Below are positions 32,641 to 43,622 of a stretch of 64,000 bases of DNA, piece by piece. The notes below the pieces were generated by a model, which did not search any database, was not told the origin of the DNA, and saw only the letters and a program-made list of their open reading frames with translations. How positions within the stretch are numbered: the stretch's first letter is position 1; each line of letters starts with the position of its first letter. Source of the stretch: Lepagella sp. (GTDB lineage: Bacteria > Bacteroidota > Bacteroidia > Bacteroidales > Muribaculaceae); the NCBI GenBank assembly GCA_051878555.1, contig JBJEKI010000047.1, positions 47,203 to 111,202 on the forward strand, written 5' to 3'. The position numbers were made by a program, and so were the translations under genes.

Positions 32641-33558
32641 CTATCTTTTTAATTCGGATAGGGTAGCGATGCCATATTTATCCATTACGCCAGGCAGGTC
32701 GGCGATGATCTCAGGGCATGCCCAGGGATTGATCAGGTTGGCTGTACCCACCTCCACGGCGGTGGCTCCCGCCATCATCATCTCCAACACATTCTCAGCG
32801 CTCGACACGCCGCCACATCCCACCACCGGGATCCGGCATGCCCCCGCCACTTGATACACCATCCGCAGTGCCACCGGGAATATGGCTTCTCCCGAGAAGC
32901 CTCCCATCGTGTTGGCCACCACCGGCCGACGTGTCTTCAAGTCGATGCGCATACCCAATAGTGTATTGATCAGACACAAGCCGTCGGCACCGGCATCTTC
33001 AGCTGCACGTGCCATCTCCACGATGTCGGTGACATTGGGTGTCAGCTTTACGATCACCGGCAGGGTGGTGGATCGCTTCACACTCTTCACCACTTCCGAT
33101 ATCGAACGAGCTGACGTGCCAAAGCTCATACCTCCGCCATGCACGTTGGGGCAGCTCACATTCAGCTCGATAATCTCCACCTGCTTCTCGCCGCTGATGC
33201 GTCGGCAACATTCGCAGTAGTCCTCGATCGAGAAGCCGCTGATATTGGCGATGATCGGACCGCGATATGCTTCCCGCATCTTGGGCAACTCTTCGCTGAT
33301 CACCTTGTCGATGCCCGGGTTCTGCAGTCCCACCGAGTTAATCATCCCGGCAGTACATTCCGCCACTCGGGGCAATGGATTGCCATAGCGTGGCTCAAGT
33401 GTCGTTCCCTTGAAGGAGATCGACCCCAATACGTTGATGTCATAATATTCGGTCATGCCATAGCCATAACCGAAACATCCACTCGCCGGGATCACCGGAT
33501 TGCGGAGCTTCACTCCACACAGTTCGACCGATAGTCTATCTTGTTCTTTTATTTCCAT
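32641..33558 (-). CDS. pyrD: Dihydroorotate dehydrogenase type 1B, catalytic subunit
   Basis: NSVGLQNPG, ELNVSCPN, VKLTPN and LINT motifs. Confidence 0.95.
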   Translation of the reverse strand: MEIKEQDRLSVELCGVKLRNPVIPASGCFGYGYGMTEYYDINVLGSISFKGTTLEPRYGNPLPRVAECTAGMINSVGLQNPGIDKVISEELPKMREAYRGPIIANISGFSIEDYCECCRRISGEKQVEIIELNVSCPNVHGGGMSFGTSARSISEVVKSVKRSTTLPVIVKLTPNVTDIVEMARAAEDAGADGLCLINTLLGMRIDLKTRRPVVANTMGGFSGEAIFPVALRMVYQVAGACRIPVVGCGGVSSAENVLEMMMAGATAVEVGTANLINPWACPEIIADLPGVMDKYGIATLSELKR

Positions 33559-34298
33559 ATCAGATCTTCTTTATCAAATACCGGCCCATCCTTGCAGATG
33601 CGTCGTGGTCCCTTCTTAGTCTCAAGCGAACAACACATGCATACGCCGAAACCGCATGCCATCCTCGATTCGAGACTTACTTGCCCAGGAATGTCAAGAC
33701 CCTGACAGAGGGATTTCAACATCGGCAGAGGGCCGCAGGCATAGAAGTAATCAGGATCGATCGCCTCATGTTTCAACACATCGGTCACATATCCTTTCCT
33801 GCCGTAGGAGCCATCGATTGTCGCTACATAAAATGGTATGTAGAGCTGCTCGAATGCCTCAATCATGATCATACGGTCGGAGGAGTTGAATCCCAGCACT
33901 ACTGTCGGCAAGATCCCTCGCTTTATAAATTCTTTGGCAAGGTTATAGATCGGTGGACATCCCACGCCCCCGGCAAGCAACACGGGGCGTTCTCCACATT
34001 TGCTTAAATCAAACCCATTGCCCAATGCCGGCAGAAGATCTATTTTGCTCTTAGGCTTCAGCTCTGCCAATGCCTCTGTGCCTGCCCCCACTTTGTCGTA
34101 GACAAGCGTCAGCCGCTTGCCGTCGATCGAGCAGACCGAGATGGGGCGTCGCAGCGTGAACCCCGGGATGGCGATGTTGACAAATTGTCCCGGCGCTGTG
34201 AAGGCCGAGGTAGGTCCCGACAGGGTCATCATCATCGTGTTTGTGCCGATCGGAGTGTTGTCGATGATTTGATATTTGGTGTCTTGTCGTGTTATCAT
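33549..34298 (-). CDS. pyrK: Dihydroorotate dehydrogenase electron transfer subunit
   Basis: PGQFV, LRRPIS, GGVG and 2Fe-2S MACGFGVCMCC...C motifs. Confidence 0.93.
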   Translation of the reverse strand: MITRQDTKYQIIDNTPIGTNTMMMTLSGPTSAFTAPGQFVNIAIPGFTLRRPISVCSIDGKRLTLVYDKVGAGTEALAELKPKSKIDLLPALGNGFDLSKCGERPVLLAGGVGCPPIYNLAKEFIKRGILPTVVLGFNSSDRMIMIEAFEQLYIPFYVATIDGSYGRKGYVTDVLKHEAIDPDYFYACGPLPMLKSLCQGLDIPGQVSLESRMACGFGVCMCCSLETKKGPRRICKDGPVFDKEDLIWK

Positions 34299-35566
34299 TG
34301 TTCGATATATGCTATCTTGCCCGAGGAGATGGTGGCTTTCACCACTCCATAGAGGCGTTGTCCTTCAAATGGTGTGGATTTTCCCTTGGAGAGAAATTTA
34401 TCCGGATCCACGATATAACTTCGGTCGAAGTCGACGATGGTCAGGTCGGCGCGGTCGCCCGGGTTGATGCCTCCGGCTATGCCGAAGATGCGACGCGGCG
34501 TCTCTGCCATCAGTTCGATCATACGGTCGATGGTGATGATGCCGCTCTTCACGGCGTAGGTGTAGGTGGCTGCCAACGACAATTCGATGCCGGTCACTCC
34601 CATCGCACTCTGACGCAATCCGCGACTCTTCTCTTCCGCCGAGTGGGGCGCATGGTCGGAGGCTATGCAGTCGATGGTCCCATCTTTGATACCCTCCAAG
34701 AGTGCCTCTCGGTCGGACGCAGAACGCAGCGGCGGGTTCATCTTGAAGCGCCCATCCTCTTGCAGATCAGAGTCGCAGAATGCCAAGTAGTGGGCTCCCG
34801 TCTCACATGTCACCGCCACTCCTCTCGCTTTGGCTTGTCTCACCAATTCGACACTCTCCCGGGTCGAGACGTGGCAGATATGTAGCCTGCATCCGGTAGC
34901 CTCTGCCAGACGGATGTCGCGTGACACCTCTCCCCATTCGCTCTCCGAGCAGATGCCGACATGCCCATGGGCGCGGGCATATTCCCCATCGTGGATATAG
35001 CCCCCGCGCAACAGTCTGTTGACTTCGCAGTGTGCCGCCAGCACCTTCCCGGTGGCGCTGATGCCCCGCATCGCCCGCTCCATCACATCCTCCGACTGTA
35101 CGCCGCTCCCATCGTCGGAAAATCCAACTACTTTCGGACTCAGCCCGGCATAGTCTACGAGCTCATCTCCCATCCTCTTGAGGGTAATCGTAGCGTAGGG
35201 TAGCACCTCGATGCAGGCATCCCGCCGGATGATGTCGAGCTGCTCTTGAAGATGCTCCGTAGTGTCGGGCGCCGGATTCAGATTGGGCATCGGACAGACT
35301 GTCGTGAACCCTCCATGTGCCGCAGCGCGTGTGCCGTCGAGGATTGTCTCTTTGTAGGAGAACCCCGGCTCGCGTAGATGCACATGCACATCCACCAGCC
35401 CCGGAAGTATCATACTCCCATCGGCATCTATCTCTTCACATGCCGTGTCGCTGACGAGATCCTCGCCGACGCTCTTGATATATCCCCCCGAGATCAAGAT
35501 GTCACAGCGCTGTGACTCCCCATCTCGTCGGATCATACCATTTTTTATCATTATATCTTTTTGCAT
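34295..35566 (-). CDS. pyrC: Dihydroorotase
   Basis: HVHLREPG, MPNL, KMNPPLR and SDHAPH motifs. Confidence 0.95.
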   Translation of the reverse strand: MQKDIMIKNGMIRRDGESQRCDILISGGYIKSVGEDLVSDTACEEIDADGSMILPGLVDVHVHLREPGFSYKETILDGTRAAAHGGFTTVCPMPNLNPAPDTTEHLQEQLDIIRRDACIEVLPYATITLKRMGDELVDYAGLSPKVVGFSDDGSGVQSEDVMERAMRGISATGKVLAAHCEVNRLLRGGYIHDGEYARAHGHVGICSESEWGEVSRDIRLAEATGCRLHICHVSTRESVELVRQAKARGVAVTCETGAHYLAFCDSDLQEDGRFKMNPPLRSASDREALLEGIKDGTIDCIASDHAPHSAEEKSRGLRQSAMGVTGIELSLAATYTYAVKSGIITIDRMIELMAETPRRIFGIAGGINPGDRADLTIVDFDRSYIVDPDKFLSKGKSTPFEGQRLYGVVKATISSGKIAYIEQ

Positions 35567-35600
35567 CGCTGTCGGAAGTTTTTGCGGTTGATCTCCTATC

Positions 35601-38600
35601 TTAAAACTCTTGCCAACTCTTCACCTCGATATCATCAGGGCTCATCGAACAGAATGATTTGATGAATGCCGAGGCAAGCCGGGCATTGGTGATCAGCGGT
35701 ATGTTGCGGTCGATGGCAGTGCGGCGAATACGATAGCCGTTGGTCACCTCCTTGTCGGAGTGATTGCGCGGCACGTTGATCACCAAGTCGATCTCATGGT
35801 TATTGATCATATCCACAGCCTTGGGAGTCCCCTCTTCGTCGGGCCAGTAGACGCGAGTGTTCTCAATGCCATTCTCCAAGAGATGACGACTGGTACCCTC
35901 GGTGGCGAAGATGGAGTAGCCCTTCTGTTGCAGCAACTTGGCGGCGCCCAGCATGTCGCCTTTCTGCTTACCGTTGCCGGTGGAGAGAAGCACATTCTTG
36001 CTCGGTATGCGCTGACCCACCGAGAGCATCGCCGTGAGAAGTGCCGAACGAGCATCCTCTCCGATACATCCCACTTCGCCGGTCGACACCATGTCGACTC
36101 CCAATTTCGGGTCGGCCTTCTGCAAGCGATTGAACGAGAACTGACTCGCCTTGACGCCGACATAGTCCAAGTCGAAGACACTCTTGTCGGGCTTGCTTAC
36201 CGGAAGCCCCAACATGATGCGTGTGGCAAGTTCTATAAAATTGATCTTCAGAACCTTGCTCACAAAGGGGAAGCTGCGCGAGGCGCGGAGGTTACATTCG
36301 ATCACTTTGATATCGTTGTCGCGTGCCAGGAACTGTATGTTGAATGGCCCGCTGATGTTAAGCTGTTTGGCGATCTTCTTCGAAATCTTTTTGATGCGAC
36401 GCGCTGTCTCGACATAGAGCTTCTGCGGCGGGAATTGGATGGTGGCGTCGCCCGAGTGTACGCCGGCAAATTCCACATGCTCAGAGATGGCGTAGGCGAT
36501 GATCTCGCCATTGCATGCCACGGCATCCATCTCCACCTCTTTGGCATGCTCTAAGAATTGGCTCACCACTACCGGGTGTCGCTTCGATACGTTGGCGGCA
36601 AGGGTCAGGAATTTCTCCAACTGGGTGCGGTCGTAACATACATTCATCGCCGCGCCCGACAAGACGTAAGAGGGTCGCACCAATACCGGGAAGCCAACCT
36701 TGTCGACAAAGTCGTTGATGTCTTCCATCGAAGTCAAGGCGCTCCATGCCGGCTGGTCCACTCCGATGCGTCCCAACATGGCGGAGAATTTCTCGCGGTC
36801 TTCGGCATTATCGATGCTTCGAGCACTCGTGCCCAAGAGGTTGACTCCCTGCTCGTCGAGCTTGAGCGCAAGATTGTTCGGGATCTGTCCGCCGGTCGAC
36901 ACTACTACTCCGTAGGGGGTCTCCATCTCTATGATGTCGAGCACGCGCTCGAAGGTGAGCTCGTCGAAGTAGAGGCGGTCGCAGATATCATAGTCGGTCG
37001 ATACGGTCTCCGGATTGTAGTTGATCATCACAGAGCGATAACCCTCTTTGCGGATAGTGTTGAGCGCCTGTACGCCACACCAGTCAAATTCCACCGAGCT
37101 GCCGATGCGATAGGCTCCCGAACCGAGCACCATCACCGAGCGACCATCATGTTCGTAGTTGATGTCATTCTTGTCGCCGCCGTAGGTGAGGTAAAGATAG
37201 TTGGTGGCTGCCGGGAACTCGCCGGCAAGCGTGTCAATCTGCTTGACACAGGGCACGATGCCGAGTGATTTGCGTCGCATCCTTACCTTCAAGAGCGCCT
37301 TCTCGATCTCCATGTCGCGCTCCATGCCCAAGGCACGAGCCGTCTGGAAGTCCGAGAAACCGGCTCGTTTCACCTCTCTGAGCAAATCCAACGGTGTCGC
37401 CTCGAGACTGCCGATCTTCTTCAATTCGCCATATAGATCGTAGATGCGTCTCAGCTTGTATAGGAACCAACGGTCGATCTTGGTCAGCTCATGGATCTGA
37501 TCGACTGTGTAGCCCTTATGAAATGCCTTCTCTATTACGAAGATTCGCATATCGGTCGGAGCGTGAAGTGCCCCGTCGATATCGGGAATCTCAAGTTCTT
37601 TGTTACCCACGAATCCATGCATACCCTGGCCGATCATGCGGAGTCCCTTCTGGATAGCCTCTTCGAAGGTGCGCCCGATCGACATCACCTCCCCCACAGA
37701 TTTCATCGATGATTCCAGTTCGCGATTTACGCCTCGGAATTTTCCCAAGTCCCAGCGCGGTATCTTGCAGACACAGTAGTCGAGTGCCGGCTCGAAGAAT
37801 GCCGAGGTGGTCTTGGTCACCGAGTTGCGTAGGTCGAAGAGTCCATAGCCCAAACCCAGTTTTGCCGCTACGAATGCCAAGGGATAGCCTGTAGCCTTCG
37901 ATGCCAATGCCGAGGAGCGGGAGAGCCGAGCATTCACTTCGATGACACGATAGTCTTCGGAATCGGGGCAGAGGGCGAACTGAACGTTACATTCTCCCAC
38001 GATGCCGATATGACGCGCTATGCGGATGGAGAGCTCTCTAAGCTTATGATATTCCGAGTTGGTGAGAGTCTGAGAGGGTGCCACCACGATGCTCTCCCCG
38101 GTGTGGATGCCGAGGGGGTCGAAGTTCTCCATGTTGCAGACGGTGATACAATTGTCGAAAGAGTCGCGCACCACTTCGTATTCCACCTCTTTCCATCCCT
38201 TAAGACTCTTCTCTACAAGCACTTGCGGCGAGAAGGAGAAGGCTTTGTCTGCCAAAACACAGAGCTGCTCGGCATTGTCGCAGAAGCCTGAACCCAGACC
38301 TCCCAAGGCGTAGGCGGCGCGCAAAATCACCGGATAGCCCAAGCTCTCTGCTGCTCGTAGTGCCTCTTCTTTGTTGTCACATGCCACCGAGTCGATCGTC
38401 TTGACATCGATCTCATCGAGCTTCTCTACGAAGATCTCACGGTCTTCGGTGTCGATGATAGATTGGATCGGTGTGCCCAATACTCTTACATTATATTTCT
38501 CGAGGATCCTCTGATGGAACAACTCTACACCACAGTTGAGCGCTGTCTGTCCGCCAAATGCCAACATGATGCCTTGCGGACGCTCGCGTGCTATCACCTT

Positions 38601-38825
38601 CTCGACGAAGGCGGCTGTCACCGGCAGGAAGTATATATGGTCGGCACTTCCATCCGAGGTCTGCACCGTCGCTATGTTGGGGTTAATCAGAATCGTCTCG
38701 ATGCCCTCTTCTCGCAGGGCCTTCAGAGCCTGACTGCCGGAGTAGTCGAACTCTCCCGCTTCGCCGATTTTTAACGCGCCCGATCCGAGCACAAGCACTT
38801 TCTTGATGTCGCTCTCTTGTATCAT
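35601..38825 (-). CDS. carB: Carbamoyl-phosphate synthase large subunit
   Basis: GEAGEFDYSGSQA, two ATP-grasp domains, C-terminal MGS domain. Confidence 0.97.
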   Translation of the reverse strand: MIQESDIKKVLVLGSGALKIGEAGEFDYSGSQALKALREEGIETILINPNIATVQTSDGSADHIYFLPVTAAFVEKVIARERPQGIMLAFGGQTALNCGVELFHQRILEKYNVRVLGTPIQSIIDTEDREIFVEKLDEIDVKTIDSVACDNKEEALRAAESLGYPVILRAAYALGGLGSGFCDNAEQLCVLADKAFSFSPQVLVEKSLKGWKEVEYEVVRDSFDNCITVCNMENFDPLGIHTGESIVVAPSQTLTNSEYHKLRELSIRIARHIGIVGECNVQFALCPDSEDYRVIEVNARLSRSSALASKATGYPLAFVAAKLGLGYGLFDLRNSVTKTTSAFFEPALDYCVCKIPRWDLGKFRGVNRELESSMKSVGEVMSIGRTFEEAIQKGLRMIGQGMHGFVGNKELEIPDIDGALHAPTDMRIFVIEKAFHKGYTVDQIHELTKIDRWFLYKLRRIYDLYGELKKIGSLEATPLDLLREVKRAGFSDFQTARALGMERDMEIEKALLKVRMRRKSLGIVPCVKQIDTLAGEFPAATNYLYLTYGGDKNDINYEHDGRSVMVLGSGAYRIGSSVEFDWCGVQALNTIRKEGYRSVMINYNPETVSTDYDICDRLYFDELTFERVLDIIEMETPYGVVVSTGGQIPNNLALKLDEQGVNLLGTSARSIDNAEDREKFSAMLGRIGVDQPAWSALTSMEDINDFVDKVGFPVLVRPSYVLSGAAMNVCYDRTQLEKFLTLAANVSKRHPVVVSQFLEHAKEVEMDAVACNGEIIAYAISEHVEFAGVHSGDATIQFPPQKLYVETARRIKKISKKIAKQLNISGPFNIQFLARDNDIKVIECNLRASRSFPFVSKVLKINFIELATRIMLGLPVSKPDKSVFDLDYVGVKASQFSFNRLQKADPKLGVDMVSTGEVGCIGEDARSALLTAMLSVGQRIPSKNVLLSTGNGKQKGDMLGAAKLLQQKGYSIFATEGTSRHLLENGIENTRVYWPDEEGTPKAVDMINNHEIDLVINVPRNHSDKEVTNGYRIRRTAIDRNIPLITNARLASAFIKSFCSMSPDDIEVKSWQEF

Positions 38826-38898
38826 CGCTTTATATTGTGTTTTGCTGGTTTTACCTTTGGTTTCTTTATCTGTATCCTTACTTCATCTTCTCTCATCC

Positions 38899-39981
38899 TT
38901 AGAGTTTGCTTACGAAGTCATCGAAGAGAAATTCCGCATCCACCGGACCTCCGCATGCTTCGGGGTGAAATTGCGATGAGAACCAGGGCTTGCTCTTATG
39001 ACGGATCCCTTCGTTCGATCCGTCGTTCATATTGGTGAAGTAAGGCTCCCATCCCTCTTGCAGGGTGCTCGGGTCGACGGCAAATCCATGATTCTGACTC
39101 GTGATCAAGCAGCGGGTGCTACCCTCGACACGCACCGGCTGATTGTGCGACCGATGCCCATATTTGAGCTTGTAGATGCCGGCACCCGCTGCCTTGGCGA
39201 GCAGCTGATTGCCCATGCAGATACCCATCAGGGGACGGCACTCTTCCGGATTGTTGATAAAGCGTCGGATATGCTCCACGGTCTTTTCACACACCTCCGG
39301 GTTGCCCGGCCCATTAGACAGGAAGAGCCCGTCGAACTCCAGCTGGTTGAAGTCATAGTCCCAGGGCACTAAGTCTACGTCGACGCCCCTATTGAGCAGA
39401 CAGCGGATGATATTGTTCTTGGCGCCGCAGTCCACCAGCACTACGCGCTTATTCCCTTCGCCGCTCTTGTAGTGCTTCACTTCGCGTGTCGACACGAGGT
39501 CTACATAATTTATAGAGTTATAGTCGGGTGTCTCCGGAAGGTCGTTGACACCCTCCACCATGATGCGTCCCATCATCACGCCATGCTCGCGGATGATCTG
39601 TGTCAGATGGCGGGTGTCTATCCCGGTGATGGCCGGAATTCTCTCGCGCTGTAGCCACTCCGATAGACTCTCTACGGCGTTCCAATGACTATAATGCTCA
39701 CTGTAGTCGCCCACGATCAGCCCCGAAGCATGGATCCGATTGCTCTCCATGTAGGTCTCTATTTCGTCGACTCCTCGATCGCTACTCGGCACTCCATAGT
39801 TGCCTACCATCGGATAGGTCAACGTCATCAACTGTCCCGCGTACGAGGGATCCGTCAAACTCTCCGGATAGCCCGTCATCGCGGTGTTGAACACAACTTC
39901 TCCGGAGACATTGCCGGAATATCCGAACGATTTACCCTCAAAGGTCGTCCCATCTTCGAGTATCAAAGTGGCTTTTTTCAT
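38899..39981 (-). CDS. carA: Carbamoyl-phosphate synthase small subunit
   Basis: GEVVFNT, SNGPGNP, GICMGNQ and QFHPEA motifs. Confidence 0.97.
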   Translation of the reverse strand: MKKATLILEDGTTFEGKSFGYSGNVSGEVVFNTAMTGYPESLTDPSYAGQLMTLTYPMVGNYGVPSSDRGVDEIETYMESNRIHASGLIVGDYSEHYSHWNAVESLSEWLQRERIPAITGIDTRHLTQIIREHGVMMGRIMVEGVNDLPETPDYNSINYVDLVSTREVKHYKSGEGNKRVVLVDCGAKNNIIRCLLNRGVDVDLVPWDYDFNQLEFDGLFLSNGPGNPEVCEKTVEHIRRFINNPEECRPLMGICMGNQLLAKAAGAGIYKLKYGHRSHNQPVRVEGSTRCLITSQNHGFAVDPSTLQEGWEPYFTNMNDGSNEGIRHKSKPWFSSQFHPEACGGPVDAEFLFDDFVSKL

Positions 39982-40027
39982 ATCTGCTCTTTTCTCTTGT
40001 TTTAGTTTCTTGCTCAGGTTTGGTTAT

Positions 40028-40263
40028 AAAAAATGCCGCGTTTCCCCGGCTCTTATGGGGATGGTCATTACGACGCAACCTCCATTATTGGGAAAAAGCG
40101 GCTTGCGATGTCGACGTTTTGCGCTGATACATGCGGTCTCTGCCGATGTACGCAAGATGCCGACTCGATGTTTTGATGTCTTATGGCAATATCCCCGATG
40201 CGCGTCCGGCGACATCGGTAATGATCTTTTTTCATACCTCTTACGAATTGCTCCGCAAAGTTA
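40028..40263 (-). promoter_or_regulatory. carA leader: promoter, 55-codon leader ORF and terminator-like hairpin (candidate attenuator)
   Basis: TAACTTTG at 40256-40263; ORF at 40235-40068; hairpin at 40035-40079 followed by T6. Confidence 0.5.
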
Positions 40264-40385
40264 GCAATTTTTTGTCAATATCTAAAATTTTCAACCCTCC
40301 CGACTCGCTTTTTTTGACACATTTTTTTAACATAGCATGTCTTGCGATTCCGTAGCCTTTTTATTTCGGCTTTTCGGGTTGTGGC

Positions 40386-41207
40386 TTAGTATGACTCTTC
40401 GGGCGTCGGGAAATCTCCCGATTTTACATCTTCGATATAGCGACCCACGGCGTCATGCATCACCGAGGCCAAGTCTGCATATCTGCGCAAGAATCGGGGA
40501 GAGAACCCCTGATTGATGCCAAGCATATCGTGCATCACCAAGACCTGACCATCCGTGCCGCCACCGGCGCCGATGCCGATCGTCGGAATCGTGAGCTGTC
40601 GCGACACTTCCGCTGCCAATTCTGCCGGTATCTTCTCCAAGACGATGGCGAAGCAGCCGATCTCTTCCAGCATCTTGGCGTCAGCGATAAGCTTCTCCGC
40701 CTCTTCTTTCTGGCGGGCTCGTACGCTGTAGGTACCGAATTTGTTAATGCTCTGGGGCGTTAGTCCCAAGTGTCCCATCACAGGAATGCCCGCACACAGG
40801 ATGCGCTCCACAGACTCGCGAATCTCTGAGCCTCCCTCCATCTTTACGGCCTCGGCATGACTCTCTTTCATAATGCGAATTGCCGAGGTTAACGCCTCTT
40901 TCGAGTTCCCTTGATATGACCCGAAGGGAAGATCCACCACCACCAGCGCTCGACGTGTGGCTTTCATCACCGACTTGGCATGATAGATCATCTGGTCTAA
41001 GGTAATCGGCAACGTGGTCATATTCCCCGCCATCACATTCGAGGCGGAATCTCCCACCAAGATTACATCGATCCCCGCCCCATCTATGATCTTGGCCGAG
41101 GAATAATCGTAGGCTGTCAGCATCGAGATCTTCTCCCCTCGCTGCTTCATCTCGACAAGCCTTATCGTAGTTACTTTCCGAGTGTTGTCTGTTGTATTGG
41201 TCGACAT
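40386..41207 (-). CDS. panB: 3-methyl-2-oxobutanoate hydroxymethyltransferase
   Basis: LTAYD, LVGDS, VKMEGG and GHLGLTPQ motifs. Confidence 0.96.
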   Translation of the reverse strand: MSTNTTDNTRKVTTIRLVEMKQRGEKISMLTAYDYSSAKIIDGAGIDVILVGDSASNVMAGNMTTLPITLDQMIYHAKSVMKATRRALVVVDLPFGSYQGNSKEALTSAIRIMKESHAEAVKMEGGSEIRESVERILCAGIPVMGHLGLTPQSINKFGTYSVRARQKEEAEKLIADAKMLEEIGCFAIVLEKIPAELAAEVSRQLTIPTIGIGAGGGTDGQVLVMHDMLGINQGFSPRFLRRYADLASVMHDAVGRYIEDVKSGDFPTPEESY

Positions 41208-41477
41208 TTTTATTGATAAATTTTTGTCGCAACGACCCTACGTTACGACTATTTCTAACAAATCAGTCTGCAAAATTACTCATTATCCGCGAAATAGCCA
41301 AGAATATCTCACTTATTTGTATCGCATTTTTTTTGAACCGATTTGTGGCAATTTTGAATTTCGTATGGTAAGATATTTTGTTATCTATCAAAAATTTCGT
41401 ACTTTTGCACAATTTATGGAGAATGCGGACTTATGCCAAGGAGTTGACCGAGTTCGTTATGATCAAAGAGTTTTGTG

Positions 41478-42605
41478 ATGGTATATTGGATTTTAAACTA
41501 TTTTCTCTGCATTGTTGTCTCTGTAGTGTTGGCAGGTGTGATCCTCCCATCCATTATGCGGATAGCACGTAGGAGAAGCCTATATGATGATGTTGACGAT
41601 CGTAAGATCCATAAGGGAGTTGTGCCCCGTCTCGGGGGTATTGCTTTCTTACCGGCTCTCACCTTCTCGTTTTGCATCATCTTGGGCATAAACGTAAGGT
41701 TCCAACTGAATGGAATCAATGGCTTCCTCCCGGGGTCGATCATCAACATCTTCTTCCTCTTCTGCTCGTTGATGTTGATGTATATGATTGGTATTGCCGA
41801 TGATTTGGTGCAGGTGCGTTATCGCACCAAGTTCTTGTTTCAAGTCATCGCCGGCAGTATCTTCGTCCTCGCCGGGTTGTGGCCTGCCGACCTTTACGGG
41901 TTCCTCGGAATCCATCAGTGGCCCACGATATTGGGCTGGTTCACTGCTGTCTTCTTGGTGGTATATATCACCAACGCCATCAACCTAATCGATGGTATCG
42001 ACGGCCTCGCTTCCGGCATCAGTATCATAGCTATGGCTCTTTACAGTTTTGTCTTCATTTCGACCGGGTATTATGTGTATGCTATGTTCATCGGTGCAAC
42101 ATTTGGTACACTTATTCCGTTCTTCTATTATAATGTATTCGGCAAAGTCGAAAAACATAAGAAAATATTTATGGGCGACACCGGCACGCTGACCATCGGC
42201 GTTGTGCTCTCGTTCATGGTTCTTCAGGCTTTCAGCATCCCGCAGGAGTCTGTCACTACGGGCAATAATATTTTCATTTTGGCGGTGGCGCCGATCCTTC
42301 TTCCATGCTTCGACGTGGTCAGGGTCTTCTTCCATCGCTTGAGAAAGGGGCGCAATCCCTTCCTCCCCGACCGTTGCCATATACATCATAAGCTCTTGGC
42401 TCTCGGCTGCCGCCAGTGGCAGGCGTTGGTCACTATCCTTGCAGCTGATGCTGCGTTCGTGATAATGAATCTATGGGTCTCCCCATATTTGAATCCGACC
42501 CTGGTGATTTTGGGCGATATTGTGGTGTGGGTCTTCGCTAATACAATTCTGACTCACTCCATCAGATGTCGCGAAAAGCGCCTCGGTGTCGTATTGTACG
42601 ATTAG
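41478..42605 (+). CDS. MraY/WecA-family undecaprenyl-phosphate GlcNAc-1-P transferase
   Basis: RKIH..PRLGG, GIADD, NAINLIDGIDGLA, FMGDTG and DRCHIHH motifs; multi-TM. Confidence 0.9.
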   Translation: MVYWILNYFLCIVVSVVLAGVILPSIMRIARRRSLYDDVDDRKIHKGVVPRLGGIAFLPALTFSFCIILGINVRFQLNGINGFLPGSIINIFFLFCSLMLMYMIGIADDLVQVRYRTKFLFQVIAGSIFVLAGLWPADLYGFLGIHQWPTILGWFTAVFLVVYITNAINLIDGIDGLASGISIIAMALYSFVFISTGYYVYAMFIGATFGTLIPFFYYNVFGKVEKHKKIFMGDTGTLTIGVVLSFMVLQAFSIPQESVTTGNNIFILAVAPILLPCFDVVRVFFHRLRKGRNPFLPDRCHIHHKLLALGCRQWQALVTILAADAAFVIMNLWVSPYLNPTLVILGDIVVWVFANTILTHSIRCREKRLGVVLYD

Positions 42606-42658
42606 TTAATCTTTAATTTTACGGCTCTGATATCCCCGATGTCAAGCCGCTCGTTAAA

Positions 42659-43495
42659 ATGAAAAAAATCCTCGTCTATGGCGTTGTCCTGATCGCCTCC
42701 GCTCTGGCAACGTCTTGCTCCACTCCTAAGAAAGTTACTTACTTTCAGGATAATCAAGCAGTGATTAGTGCGATTAGCGTTAACCCTATCAAGGCTCGCG
42801 CCAACGATAAGCTCTCTATCGTGGTCAAATCGAAAGATGCCGATGTCAGTTCGCTATTCAACCTCCCGGTATATACCAACCGCGTCGGCACTTCGCAGAC
42901 TTCCGATGTCAATGGTGTCACCAAGCGCACTTATCAACCCACTGCCACCGACGCTATCGCTTATTACACCGTCGACAATGAGGGTAACATCGACTTCCCT
43001 ATGCTCGGTTCGCTCCATATCGCTGATATGACACGTTCCGAAATCGCCGCTTATATCAAAGGAGAGCTCATGGGCCGTAGCCTCGTCAAGGATCCTACCG
43101 TCACCGTCGAGTTCCTAAATACAGGCATCAATATGCTCGGTGAGTTTCATGCTCCGGGTCGATATGACATCAATAAAGATCAGCTAAATATCATCGAAGC
43201 CATCGCTCTGGCCGGTGACCTTACTATATTGGCACGCCGCGATAATCTAAAGGTGATCCGCGAAGAAAACGGCCAACTAAAAACGTATACTCTCGACCTT
43301 ACAAACCTCTCTGAAGTGGCGCAGTCTCCCGTGTTCTATCTTCAGCAGAACGATGTTGTTTATGCCGAACCCAACGATATGCGTAAACGCCAAACTACCA
43401 TCAATGGCAACTCCGCTCTCAGCGTCAGTTTCTGGATCTCCGTGGCATCGCTGATCACCACCGCAGTCACTACAGTCGGCGTTTTTGTTAAATAA
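42659..43495 (+). CDS. wza: Polysaccharide export lipoprotein Wza-like
   Basis: Lipobox ATSC, GNIDFPMLG, AIALAGDL and YLQQNDVVY motifs. Confidence 0.9.
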   Translation: MKKILVYGVVLIASALATSCSTPKKVTYFQDNQAVISAISVNPIKARANDKLSIVVKSKDADVSSLFNLPVYTNRVGTSQTSDVNGVTKRTYQPTATDAIAYYTVDNEGNIDFPMLGSLHIADMTRSEIAAYIKGELMGRSLVKDPTVTVEFLNTGINMLGEFHAPGRYDINKDQLNIIEAIALAGDLTILARRDNLKVIREENGQLKTYTLDLTNLSEVAQSPVFYLQQNDVVYAEPNDMRKRQTTINGNSALSVSFWISVASLITTAVTTVGVFVK

Positions 43496-43622
43496 TCCCA
43501 ATTTCTTTAACTTTTATGCAATAAATTCGGGCGCTTTAGCGTATATCTATATGCTATCACATTGTTGCGCTTTTCTCTCCACGCTCGTGTGAAGCCTTAA
43601 CTTATTATCGCGAATATACTTA

